Shown here: positions 49,109 to 58,591 of the stretch, piece after piece
Numbering within the stretch: position 1 is the first letter of the stretch
Layout of the letters: each line of letters opens with the position of its first letter
Assembly (NCBI GenBank): GCA_963711835.1
Contig: CAVQFQ010000004.1
Location: 256,001 to 320,000 of the forward strand
From: an uncultured delta proteobacterium
GTDB taxonomy: Bacteria > Desulfobacterota > RBG-13-43-22
DNA: 64,000 bases
Direction of reading: 5' to 3'
The notes under the pieces: generated by a model
What the model saw: the letters and a program-made list of their open reading frames with translations, nothing else
Told to the model about the DNA's origin: nothing
Databases searched by the model: none
Position numbers and translations under genes: made by a program

Positions 49109-49861
49109 ATGCGACTTAAAGACAAAGCAGCCGTTGTCACCGGCGCCAGCCGGGGAGTGGGCAGGGCTGTAGCCTTAGCCTTTGCCCGGGAAGGAGCCGA
49201 TGTCATCGTCAATTATGCCTCCAACGAAGCAGCAGCCCGTGAAGTGGTTCAAGCCATTGAGAAAATGGGCCGGAAGGCGGTCATGGTCAGGGGGGATGTG
49301 GCCAAAAAAGAAGAGGCTCAGGCGGTCGTTGGCGCCGCCAAGGAGCATTTCGGCCGACTGGACGTCCTGGTCAATAATGCCGGCATTTCCCGCCCGGGCA
49401 TGCTCCACAAAATGACCGAGGCCCAATGGGATGAAGTGGTGGATCTCCACCTGAAGGGGGCCTTCCTTTGCACCCAGGCGGCTGCTCGGATCATGATGGA
49501 GCAAAAGAGCGGCAAGATGATCAACGTCACCTCCGTGGCCGGCCTGGTGGGAACCGTCGGCCAGATCAATTACAGCGCCGCCAAAGGAGGACTGCTCTCC
49601 TTCACCAAATCAGCGGCCCGGGAATTGGCCCGCTACAACATCTGTGTCAATGTCATCTCCCTGGGCATCGTCGCCACCGATATGACGGAAAAGATCCGCA
49701 GTGACCCCAAATTGCAAGAAATTTATATGAAGCGGATTTTATTGGAACATTTTGCCGAACCGGATGATATTACCCCGGCCTTTGTTTTTCTGGCCTCCGA
49801 TGAGGCCAATTACATTACCGGCCAGCTTCTTTGCGTCGACGGCGGCTATGGAATGATATGA
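49109..49861 (+). CDS. SDR, FabG-like 3-oxoacyl/3-hydroxyacyl-thioester oxidoreductase
   Basis: TGASRGVG, NNAGI, GQINYSAAK. Confidence 0.85.
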   Translation: MRLKDKAAVVTGASRGVGRAVALAFAREGADVIVNYASNEAAAREVVQAIEKMGRKAVMVRGDVAKKEEAQAVVGAAKEHFGRLDVLVNNAGISRPGMLHKMTEAQWDEVVDLHLKGAFLCTQAAARIMMEQKSGKMINVTSVAGLVGTVGQINYSAAKGGLLSFTKSAARELARYNICVNVISLGIVATDMTEKIRSDPKLQEIYMKRILLEHFAEPDDITPAFVFLASDEANYITGQLLCVDGGYGMI

Positions 49862-49947
49862 ACCAAAGGTACGGCAAGGTACAAGGCGGTATCTTTATTT
49901 CCCTGACGCCTGAACCTTGCGCCAATTTTTATAAGGAGGAATAGAAT

Positions 49948-51057
49948 ATGAGCGAAATACCGAAGACCATAAAGACCTGGCAGATGGTCCAACCCACTGT
50001 TTATAACAAAGAAACCAAGGAAACCACCCCAGGTAAATTGGCCTTGGCGGAAATCCCGGTACCGGAATTAAAGCCCGGAGAAGTCCTGGTGGAAGTGGCC
50101 GGCTGCGGCGTCTGCCATACCGACCTGGGTTATTTTTATGACGGCGTCCCGACGGTTTCCAAGCCACCCTTAACCCTGGGGCACGAAATCGCCGGCACGG
50201 TGGTGGCCGGAGATCCGGCCTGGTTGGGCAAAGAGGTCATTATCCCGGCCGTAATGCCCTGCCGCCAGTGCTATCTCTGCAAAACCGGTCGAGGGAATCG
50301 CTGCCTCAACCAAAAGATGCCCGGCAACAGCATGGGTTTATACGGAGGGTTTTCCAGCCATATCCCTGTGCCGAGTATTGATCTTTGTGCGGTAAAAAAC
50401 CGGGGGACCTTCCCCCTGGCCCATCTGGCCGTCATTGCCGATGCCGGTACCACCCCTTATCAGGCGGCCAAGCGGGCCGATCTGCAGCCGGGTGACAATG
50501 TGGTCGTGATTGGGATTACCGGAGGGGTGGGACAATATATGGGCCAGATGGCCAAGGCCTTGGGCGCCCTGACGGTAATCGGTATCGGTCGTCATGAGGA
50601 AAAATTAAAACGGGCACTTAACTACGGAGCCGACTTTGTCATCAGCTCCAAGGACAAGGATGCCGGGGCTGTTTCCAAAGAATTCAGGGAGATCTGCAAA
50701 GCCAACGGTCTTCCCAATTACGGCTGGAAGATCTTTGAGGTAACCGGATCCAAGGCCGGTCAGGAAATCGGTCTGGCCCTGCTGGGTTTTATCGGCAAAT
50801 TGATTGTGGTCGGTTTCGGCATGGCCAGGACCGAGTATGCCATAGGGCGCCTGATGGCCTTCGATGCCGAGATCATCGGGACCTGGGCCTGCCTGCCCGA
50901 ATACTACCCGGCGGTTCTGGATATGGTCCTAAAGAAAAAAATCGACATCGCCCCTTTTGTCGAGACCCGGCCCATGAGCACTATCGCTGAAACCTTCGCC
51001 GAGGTCCATAAAGCCGGTTCACCGGCCAAACGGATTGTCCTGACGCCGGATTTTTAA
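49948..51057 (+). CDS. had: 6-hydroxycyclohex-1-ene-1-carbonyl-CoA dehydrogenase (BamQ)
   Basis: Zn-ADH with GCGVCHTDLGYFYDGVPT, GHEI, QKMPGN, LMAFDA; adjacent to oah. Confidence 0.9.
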   Translation: MSEIPKTIKTWQMVQPTVYNKETKETTPGKLALAEIPVPELKPGEVLVEVAGCGVCHTDLGYFYDGVPTVSKPPLTLGHEIAGTVVAGDPAWLGKEVIIPAVMPCRQCYLCKTGRGNRCLNQKMPGNSMGLYGGFSSHIPVPSIDLCAVKNRGTFPLAHLAVIADAGTTPYQAAKRADLQPGDNVVVIGITGGVGQYMGQMAKALGALTVIGIGRHEEKLKRALNYGADFVISSKDKDAGAVSKEFREICKANGLPNYGWKIFEVTGSKAGQEIGLALLGFIGKLIVVGFGMARTEYAIGRLMAFDAEIIGTWACLPEYYPAVLDMVLKKKIDIAPFVETRPMSTIAETFAEVHKAGSPAKRIVLTPDF

Positions 51058-51190
51058 TAAAAAGGATCTCAAGGGTCCAGGGGTCCAGGAAGGGGAGCGA
51101 AGAATTTTATTTCACTTGAACGCTCGAAACGCCTGACACCTTACCCCTCTTTCGCCAACAAAATAAAAATTAATTAAGGAGGTCTTTGTT

Positions 51191-52339
51191 ATGGGAATTG
51201 AGTGGATGCCGAGAGAAAACGAAGAAAAGAACCATGATCGCTATGGTTCGGAACATTGGGGGACCAACGCCCCCTGTACGGTCTATGAGAAGAGACCCTT
51301 GAAGGACCCCAAAGGGAATGTCGTCCCGGGGCTTCATGTGGCCTGGATCACGCTGAATAACCCGGCCCAGTATAACTCGTATACCACGGAAATGGTCAAG
51401 GGCGTCATCGCCGGCATGGAGAATGCTTCCACCGACCGTTCCATCGTGGCCGTTATATTTACCGGAAGCGGTGCCTTTGCCTTCTGCACCGGCGGCAATA
51501 CCAAAGAATACTCCGAGTATTACAGCCGGCGTCCTGAAGAATACGGGGCCTATATGGAGCTGTTCAACAACATGGTCGATGCCATCCTGGCCTGCAAAAA
51601 GCCGGTGATCTGCCGGGTCAACGGCATGCGGGTGGCCGGCGGGCAGGAAATCGGCATGGCCTGCGACCTGGCCATCTCTTCCGATCTGGCCATCTACGGC
51701 CAGGCCGGACCCAGGCACGGTTCGGCCCCGGACGGCGGCTCATCCGACTTTTTGCCCTGGTTTCTGTCCATGGAAGACGCCATGTGGAACTGCGTCAGTT
51801 GCGAGATGTGGAGCGCCTATAAGATGAAGGCCAAGACGCTGATCTCCAAGTGCGTCCCGGTCCTCAAGGATGAAAAAGGAAATTGGGTCCGCAATCCCCA
51901 GATCATCACCGACCAGTATGTTGTGGACGGGGAGATCGTTTACGGCGAGTTCAAGAAGGGCGAGGAATTCAAGAAGGCCCGGGAATGGGTCAACGGCAAG
52001 CTGAAAGCCAACGATTATGACTTTGCCCTGCTCGACGCCGAAGTGGACAAAGTGGTCTGGACCTTTGCCAACCTCTTTCCCGGCTGTCTGATCAAGTCCA
52101 TCGACTCCGTCCGGGCCAAGAAGAAATTCTTCTGGGATTATTCCAAGAACTATAACCGGCACTGGCTGGCGGCCAATATGATGGGCGAGGCCTTCCTGGG
52201 CTTTGGGGCCTTTAACACCAAAAAAATCACCGGGCAGGATGTCATCAACTTCATCAAATACCGCCAGAATATCGCCGAAGGCAAATTGATGGACGAGACC
52301 TTTTTCGAGGAAGTGATGGGCAAACCGCAGACCAAGTAG
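51191..52339 (+). CDS. oah: 6-oxocyclohex-1-ene-1-carbonyl-CoA hydrolase (BamA)
   Basis: Crotonase with QYNSYTTEMVK, FCTGGNTKEY, GQAGPRHGSAPDGG, WLAANM.GEA. Confidence 0.93.
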   Translation: MGIEWMPRENEEKNHDRYGSEHWGTNAPCTVYEKRPLKDPKGNVVPGLHVAWITLNNPAQYNSYTTEMVKGVIAGMENASTDRSIVAVIFTGSGAFAFCTGGNTKEYSEYYSRRPEEYGAYMELFNNMVDAILACKKPVICRVNGMRVAGGQEIGMACDLAISSDLAIYGQAGPRHGSAPDGGSSDFLPWFLSMEDAMWNCVSCEMWSAYKMKAKTLISKCVPVLKDEKGNWVRNPQIITDQYVVDGEIVYGEFKKGEEFKKAREWVNGKLKANDYDFALLDAEVDKVVWTFANLFPGCLIKSIDSVRAKKKFFWDYSKNYNRHWLAANMMGEAFLGFGAFNTKKITGQDVINFIKYRQNIAEGKLMDETFFEEVMGKPQTK

Positions 52340-52382
52340 CCCTCGAAGTAACCAGGTTCAACCTCTTACATTTATCTTATCT

Positions 52383-52432
52383 AAAAAGTCCCCCCATCCT
52401 TCTTTAGCCAAAGGAGATGGGGGGACTTTTTT
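52383..52432. terminator. Bidirectional terminator between convergent genes
   Basis: AAAAAGTCCCCCCATC...GATGGGGGGACTTTTTT. Confidence 0.85.
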
Positions 52433-52459
52433 AGGTCAGAGTTCCCCGGGCTGTCGCTT

Positions 52460-53539
52460 TTAAAGGCGGGTGGCCTTTATGGCCTCCCTCAAGGCCCGGC
52501 CGTCTTTGGGGGGTTCCGGGAAACCGGGTTTGTTGACCATGGTAATGGCCTCCGAGGGACAGCCGGTGGCGCATACGGCACACCCGAAACAACGGTCAAG
52601 ATCCGCTACCGGCACCTGCCCTTCCTCCAGAGTAAGCGCCTCGGCCGGACAGCGCTCCAGGCAGGTTTCACAGGCCAGACAGCGGTCCGGGTTAAAGCGC
52701 GGTTCAAAACCGGAGTTAAAAAACAATCCGGGTTTAGGTTTGGCCAGGGCATGAGTTACGGCGACACAGTGCCAGCGGTCGCAGTTGCAGATAAAACCGA
52801 TATCCTCGGTCATGTTTTGACTCATATGAATCAGGCCCGCCTCTTCGGCCCGGTCCAGCACTTCTCTGGCTTCCTGCTTGGTTACTTTTCTGGCTCCCAA
52901 TCTTTGAATGGCAAATTGGGCGCCCAGACCAAACTGCATACAGACATCGTTGGGCATCCCATGAGTGTCTTCCCCGCGTAAGGCGGCCGCGTGACGGCAG
53001 AAGCAGGTACTGACGGCTATCGGATCGTATCTGTCAATAAAGCTCTGCACCTGGTCATAGGTATGGACTTGATTGTCCACCTCCACCGTCTTAGCCACCG
53101 TGATGACCCTGTTGACGGGAAAGCTCACCTCAGTAAGGTCGGTTTTTTGGTCATAGGCCTTTTTGTAGGCGTGTATGAGCTGGGCATTCCTTTTGTCCCT
53201 TTCGCTGGTTTTCCCGGGCATGAACTGAAACTCTAATATTCCGGGCATGAACCGGGCAGACTGGTAAATCTGGGTTCCATCCATGGCCAAGGCCACGCAA
53301 AGTCCTTTGTCGGCCATGGCCTCCAGAATGGCTTCCGTTTCCCCTGCCTCCCGGCCCATTTCCATTGCCAGAGACTGCGCCGTAAAAGGGCCTCTGGGCA
53401 TGGCATTGTTGATTTCCGCTTCTTCAGGGGTGAATAAAGCCTCGACCATTTGGTAGAATTCGGGGATATCCATCCCGGCAAAATCGCCGCCCCGCTTTTT
53501 CATCACTTCCAGTAGTTTGTGGTAGACTTCTTTGGCCAT
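52460..53539 (-). CDS. 4Fe-4S dicluster-domain protein
   Basis: CFCR, ICNCDRWHC, CLACETCLERCP, CFGCAVCATGCP. Confidence 0.88.
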   Translation of the reverse strand: MAKEVYHKLLEVMKKRGGDFAGMDIPEFYQMVEALFTPEEAEINNAMPRGPFTAQSLAMEMGREAGETEAILEAMADKGLCVALAMDGTQIYQSARFMPGILEFQFMPGKTSERDKRNAQLIHAYKKAYDQKTDLTEVSFPVNRVITVAKTVEVDNQVHTYDQVQSFIDRYDPIAVSTCFCRHAAALRGEDTHGMPNDVCMQFGLGAQFAIQRLGARKVTKQEAREVLDRAEEAGLIHMSQNMTEDIGFICNCDRWHCVAVTHALAKPKPGLFFNSGFEPRFNPDRCLACETCLERCPAEALTLEEGQVPVADLDRCFGCAVCATGCPSEAITMVNKPGFPEPPKDGRALREAIKATRL

Positions 53540-53554
53540 GTCCTCTCCTTTGAT

Positions 53555-54079
53555 TTATTCGGGGGTATTGTAAACGGCCAGCATGCCGTCCTTTCTTTCC
53601 AGGCTGAAACCGAAGTTCATGCCCAGCTTCCCCTTCTGGGCATTAAGATAGCCCCCCTTGTCCCCCATCTGCATGATATCGGTCTGCCAGCCTTTTTTTT
53701 TCAGCATCTCGGCGTACTGATTTATCCCGTCACCTTTAAGGTCTTTATAATAGATATTGAATTTCTGCATGCCCCCTTCGTTACCCTTGCTCACCCGCTC
53801 GATCTTGGCGAAAGGGAATGGCGGGACCTCTGGAAACATATCCGCGGGCCAAACCGTCGTTTCGGCTATCTCGCTCTTGAAATCCTTGCCTTTAAATTCT
53901 ATCTTGCCCTCCTGCATCCTCACATCCACATCTTTCCCGGTGGTTTGCTTGATCATCTTCCTGGCCATGTCCTCGGCCATCTGTTCATCCGAGCTCTTTC
54001 CGCTGCAGCCGGCCATCAGAAATAAACCCAAAACCAGAACGGCCGCCATGATCCCGATCCGACGCTTATTTATTCCCAT
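53555..54079 (-). CDS. Hypothetical lipoprotein
   Basis: MAGC lipobox, AGGAGG RBS. Confidence 0.75.
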   Translation of the reverse strand: MGINKRRIGIMAAVLVLGLFLMAGCSGKSSDEQMAEDMARKMIKQTTGKDVDVRMQEGKIEFKGKDFKSEIAETTVWPADMFPEVPPFPFAKIERVSKGNEGGMQKFNIYYKDLKGDGINQYAEMLKKKGWQTDIMQMGDKGGYLNAQKGKLGMNFGFSLERKDGMLAVYNTPE

Positions 54080-54228
54080 ACCCCCTCCTTTTTGATCTCA
54101 AGTGTAATATTGCTTTAGAGCTTTTAGAGGTTTGTCATTACGGGCTTGACCATCCCGGCCCGGCCCATTTATACTTGAATCCTATTTACCCCATTTCCAT
54201 TGAACGGATCAAGGGAATTATCCTAATA

Positions 54229-54551
54229 ATGCAGTTAGCGGCCGGACGGACGGGGCAGGAATACAACCAGCGAAAGGATCGCCAGGGGGCTTACTGGGAA
54301 GATCGGTATCATGCCACGCTTGTCGAAAACGGCGACCATTTGGCCAGATGCATGGTCTATACATCGACACCAATATGGTGCGTGCCGGTGTGGTCGGCCA
54401 CCCCTCGCTGTGGCCCTTTTCCGGGTACAATGAGATCCAGGAGCGCCATAAGGCATTTTTCGTGGTCAAAAACGACCATAATAACCCCTGAAATTATTTA
54501 TTTCTGGAACGTTAAACTTGAATAATCAAGAAGTTAGCGTGGCCCGACCCC
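54229..54551 (+). mobile_element. REP-associated tyrosine (Y1/RAYT-like) transposase remnant with its right end
   Basis: MQLAAGRTGQEYNQRK...YWEDRYHAT...VYIDTNMVRAGVV.HP..W..SGY, then a deletion to the end CGTGGCCCGACCCC. Confidence 0.75.
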
Positions 54552-54761
54552 ACGAAACAGGACCAAGAAACAGAGTAAAACTGGGAAATAGGCAGCCGAG
54601 ACAGCCAGTATTGGCATACTACGGCAGTCATCCAGATTGACCAATCGCTGGATTGGGAGTTCTACTATGGCGCGGTTAACAAGCTTCACGTAATGAAGTA
54701 TTGATAGATGTTTATGAGTGGAATTTGCAAAAGAAAGTAATGGAGAAAAGTATGAAGAAAT

Positions 54762-55057
54762 GGGGTCGGGCCACGTGAACTCGTTGATATGGTAGAGAAA
54801 GTTATTAATTCAGCCTCTAAAATAGGTCTATATCGAGTTTTTTAGGGGCAAAAAGAGAATTTTTCAAAATAAATTATGGCCCGAGCCAAACGACATTTTA
54901 TCCCAAACCAAATCTGGCAGCAAAAGATATCAGCTTCGGGAAAGTGCCGCGGACTATAAGGCACTTTTCAAGGTCAAAAACGATGATATAGCCCCTAAAA
55001 TTACCTATTTCTGGAATGTTAAATTTGGATAATCAAGAAGTTAGCGTGGCCCAACCT
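54762..55057 (+). mobile_element. Internally deleted RAYT-like element
   Basis: Ends GGGGTCGGGCCACG / CGTGGCCCAACCT; MARAKRHFIPNQIW start joined directly to a 3' end shared with 54455-54551. Confidence 0.75.
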
Positions 55058-55121
55058 CAAGAAAAATTTCTCAATTTGGAAGTATTTTCAGGGCAGTTCC
55101 GACATAGGACGAACTGAGAGG

Positions 55122-55184
55122 CACTAACAACGGTTTGCACTCGGACGCGGATTAGACCCACGCCGGTGAAACCGAAAGTTCGGG
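55122..55184 (+). other. Integron attC site
   Basis: CACTAAC...GGTTT(G)CAC...GTGAAACC...GTTCGGG with an extrahelical base. Confidence 0.75.
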
Positions 55185-55222
55185 TGATAGGATTCATACT
55201 TTTCATTCGGTAGAGGTTAAAG

Positions 55223-55399
55223 ATGTCTGACGAAACTAAGGGTGCTGACGATGCCGCTGTGGATAAGGGATTGGTCGCCATGTTTTTAAGAATGTCGACC
55301 GAGGAGCGATTACAGGCAAACGACAACGCTTTTCGAACGATTCTGGAGTTGAGAGATGCCTACAGGCAGCAAAAAGAGAACAAGCGCAAACCTAAGTGA
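55223..55399 (+). CDS. Small hypothetical partner of the nucleotidyltransferase (58 aa, not in the ORF track)
   Basis: MSDETKGADDAAVDKGLVAMFLRMSTEERLQANDNAFRTILELRDAYRQQKENKRKPK*; GAGG RBS; overlaps the next gene. Confidence 0.65.
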   Translation: MSDETKGADDAAVDKGLVAMFLRMSTEERLQANDNAFRTILELRDAYRQQKENKRKPK

Positions 55400-55898
55400 A
55401 GTACTTGAGGGGCTGTTAGAGGCCGGCGTCGATTTTATTCTGGTCGGAGGTCTTGCAGCCGTAATCCAGGGCGCCCCGGTTACGACAATGGACGTGGACA
55501 TAGTTCACAGCCGATCTCACGAAAATATAGCAAAACTCCTTGCCTTTCTTAAATCGATCAATTCAGTTCAACGTCGCTTGGACGACAAGTTGATAGAACC
55601 GAGGGAGCGCGACCTGTCGGGAAAGGGCCAGGTGCTTCTTACGACACGGCTCGGCCCGCTAGATGTATTGGCCGTTATTGAGGGAGGAAGATCCTATGAA
55701 GACCTCCTGGATCACGCCATAGAAATCGAGTTCAGGAGCCATACCCTCCGAGTGCTTGACCTGAAAACGTTAATCGAGCTCAAGAAAACTTCCAAAGATC
55801 TCAAAGACAAGCAGCGACTACCTGTGCTTAGAGAAACTCTGCGGCAACTGGAGGAGGAATATGGTCGCGAGAAGGACAAGGAAGATAACGACAACTAA
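55356..55898 (+). CDS. Pol-beta-like nucleotidyltransferase family protein
   Basis: LVGGLAAVIQGAPVTTMDVDIV, LDV, LIELKK...KD. Confidence 0.8.
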   Translation: MPTGSKKRTSANLSEVLEGLLEAGVDFILVGGLAAVIQGAPVTTMDVDIVHSRSHENIAKLLAFLKSINSVQRRLDDKLIEPRERDLSGKGQVLLTTRLGPLDVLAVIEGGRSYEDLLDHAIEIEFRSHTLRVLDLKTLIELKKTSKDLKDKQRLPVLRETLRQLEEEYGREKDKEDNDN

Positions 55899-55982
55899 TA
55901 CTGCCGATCAAGGGCACTCACCAGATTGCTACTCCGCCGGCGCTTCGTGGCTGAAATGGGGTCGGGCCACGTGAATTCCGGA

Positions 55983-56666
55983 ATGAAGACAATCAGGTGC
56001 TTGGTAGGCTTTACATTGTTCTTTTTAGGCGTGGTTGTCTACGCTGACATGCCGAAAGGGGCGTACCTGGAAGGAAAAGATTCAACAGTGGGAGTGATTC
56101 TGGTACACGGGCAAGGGTTGGATCCTGATTCCAACGTAGTGGGGCCTCTACGCAAATCTATCAACAAGGAGCTTGGATTTCATACGCTATCCCTTCAGAT
56201 GCCTGTTGTATCCGGAGCGAAATCACCGGATAAATTCTTGGAATACGTCTCGACGTTTCCCGAAGCCTACAAGACCATCCAGGCAGGGATTGACTTCCTC
56301 AAGAAGGAAAAAGGAGTCGAGCGCATCTATCTAATGGGCTACAGTATGGGCGGGAGGATGACCACTGGTTTTCTTGCACAGACCCCCGATAGCGGGATCA
56401 TTGGCTATATCGGCGTCGGATTGTTGGGTGGAGGCCAAGAGCCACTGAATACCAATTTGAATCTCAAAAGCATAAAGCTGCCCGTGATTGATATCCACGC
56501 CGACAGTGGTCCTGACGCAAAGAGCGCCGCGTTCAGAAAGCCCTTCGTCTCCGACCGATATACACAAGTGATCATCTCTGGGGCTAAACATGACTATCGC
56601 GGCTATGACAACGAGGTTGCCACAGCAGTAATCGCTTGGCTGAAACAACAAGAATCGGCCAAATGA
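55983..56666 (+). CDS. Secreted alpha/beta hydrolase
   Basis: Signal peptide, LVHG, GYSMG nucleophile elbow, GAKHDY. Confidence 0.8.
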   Translation: MKTIRCLVGFTLFFLGVVVYADMPKGAYLEGKDSTVGVILVHGQGLDPDSNVVGPLRKSINKELGFHTLSLQMPVVSGAKSPDKFLEYVSTFPEAYKTIQAGIDFLKKEKGVERIYLMGYSMGGRMTTGFLAQTPDSGIIGYIGVGLLGGGQEPLNTNLNLKSIKLPVIDIHADSGPDAKSAAFRKPFVSDRYTQVIISGAKHDYRGYDNEVATAVIAWLKQQESAK

Positions 56667-56720
56667 AGGCCGCGCCAAAAAGCTGCGTGCCGCGGGTCAA
56701 CGCCGCATTAGGAGGGATCT

Positions 56721-57197
56721 ATGATCAAGAGGTTTCTGATTGTTTTTGCGATTGCCCTATTTAGTCTGTCCTTGGCATCTGCTCAAAAGGAACAAATGAC
56801 TCCAAAAGCTATCTCGGATAAAAAGGCCGAGGCTAGAGCAATGGTGGAAAAGGCCGCAGCCTTTGTGAGCGAACACGGGAAAGAAAAAGGAATTGCCGAA
56901 ATGAACAAGCCGGGCGGCCTATTTGTGAAGGGGGAACTCTACGTGTTCGCATTCGACCTGAACGGCGTCATGGTCGCCCAGCCTAAAAATCCCAAAGCAA
57001 TCGGCGAGAACCTCATCGACAAGCCAGATAACAAAGGAAAACTGTTTAGAAAAGAGATAATTGAAAAAGCAAAAACTGAAGGGAGTGGATGGGTTGATTA
57101 CTTCTACCTGAATCCCCAAACAGGCAAGGAAGAAGATAAAACCACCTACCTCAAGAGGGTTGGGGACCTAGTGATTTGTTGCGGTGTTTACCGATGA
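56721..57197 (+). CDS. Secreted single Cache-domain protein
   Basis: Signal peptide, GELYVF, G.NLID.PD..GK, GSGWVDY...NP.TGK.E.K. Confidence 0.85.
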   Translation: MIKRFLIVFAIALFSLSLASAQKEQMTPKAISDKKAEARAMVEKAAAFVSEHGKEKGIAEMNKPGGLFVKGELYVFAFDLNGVMVAQPKNPKAIGENLIDKPDNKGKLFRKEIIEKAKTEGSGWVDYFYLNPQTGKEEDKTTYLKRVGDLVICCGVYR

Positions 57198-57274
57198 CAG
57201 CGTTTTCCTTTGACAGCAGGCACTATGGTCGGGCACGTCGCTCGTTTAGTCGGCGATACTTTGGAACGCGCCCG

Positions 57275-57364
57275 GCCAAACTAGTCCGTCAACCGGGCAC
57301 CAAAATGCTGCGCATTTTGGTGCCCTCCGCTGCGCTTCGGCGCCGGTTACGTCCAACGTTCGGC
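57275..57364 (+). other. Integron attC site (long type)
   Basis: GCCAAAC...CGT(C)AACCGG...CCGGTTACG...GTTCGGC with central palindrome GGGCACCAAAATGC/GCATTTTGGTGCCC. Confidence 0.8.
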
Positions 57365-57417
57365 ATTGCGCTATGTGCACCGGAATACAAAATACTAACA
57401 AGAGAGAAGGCAATTCC

Positions 57418-57870
57418 ATGATGAAACAAACCATTCGAATCCTCGCAGGCCTTTACGTCATTCTTCTTCTACAGTCTGGCTGTGCCACGGTTCGAATCAG
57501 TCCGGAGGCGAACGAGGCGTCTCCAGTCGTCAAGGAACTCATTAAAACTACCCAAAGCTGGGATGGGAAGTTGTTGCCCGCGTATCCGCAAGGTCGGCCC
57601 GAGATCACTATTCTGCGGATTAGCATCCCTGCGGGAGCCCGGCTCCATACTCACAATCATCCGGTGATAAATGCCGGCGTGCTGATAAGCGGGCAACTCA
57701 TGGTCGTGACTACAGACGGGAAAACACTGCATCTCAAAGCAGGAGATCCTATCGTCGAGGTGGTGAAGACGGTACACTATGGCATTAATGAAGGAAAGGC
57801 TCCTGCGGAGATTATAGTCTTTTATGTCGGCGTTGTTGGTACGCCGATAACCGTTGTCGAGCCGCAATGA
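57418..57870 (+). CDS. Cupin-domain lipoprotein
   Basis: QSGC lipobox, HNHPVINAG, EVV...HYG.NEG. Confidence 0.85.
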   Translation: MMKQTIRILAGLYVILLLQSGCATVRISPEANEASPVVKELIKTTQSWDGKLLPAYPQGRPEITILRISIPAGARLHTHNHPVINAGVLISGQLMVVTTDGKTLHLKAGDPIVEVVKTVHYGINEGKAPAEIIVFYVGVVGTPITVVEPQ

Positions 57871-57960
57871 GAGGGTGTCGTTACAGCACCTGTAGAATGA
57901 ACTCGTAACCGAGCGGCATCGTGAAAAAGATTTGCCGAACAAGCTGGGGATTAGAAGGCC

Positions 57961-58591
57961 ATGATGGATAATCCGGTTCTCGAAATTTTTTCCGACTACA
58001 TCTGACCCTGGTGTTATTTCATTACCGGGCGTAGTGAGCGATTGCAAAAGGAATTTGATCTGACTGTCCGCTGGACCGCCTTTCCCCTCCACCCGGAAAT
58101 ACCGGAAGAGGGCATGACCCTGGAACAACTTTTTGCCGGACGGCCCATAGACTGGAATGAGGTCAAGGCTCGTTTGAAAAAGGCGGCCCGGGACGCCGGC
58201 CTGCCCTTCGCTGAACGAGAGGATGACCTATAACAGCCGTCTGGCCCAGGAGTTGGGCAAATGGGCCGAAACCCGGGGAAGCGGAGAGGCTTATCACCGG
58301 GCGGTCTTTCGGGCTTATTTTGTCCAGGGGATAAACATCGGGAAGATAGAGGAACTGGCTGCCCTGGCCAAAGATTTGGGTCTTCCGGCCGACGAAGCCA
58401 GAGCAGTCCTGGAGCGAAGGGATTTCAAGGAGGCGGTGGACCGGGACTGGGCCCGCTCCCATCAACTGGGGATCCGGGCTGTTCCGACCTTTATCCTCGG
58501 CCCTCAAATCCTGGTCGGGGCCCAGCCCTATGAAAAATTGACGGCGCTTATGGCCGCCGCCGGGATAAAAAAACGTACAGGAGAAGGCCCG
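57961..58591 (+). CDS. DsbA/FrnE-family thiol oxidoreductase, probable selenoprotein (UPWC); frameshift near 58220
   Basis: MMDNPVLEIFSDYI-TGA(58003-58005)-PWCYF, FPLHPE, NSRLAQEL, GIRAVPTF, GAQPYE. Confidence 0.75.
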
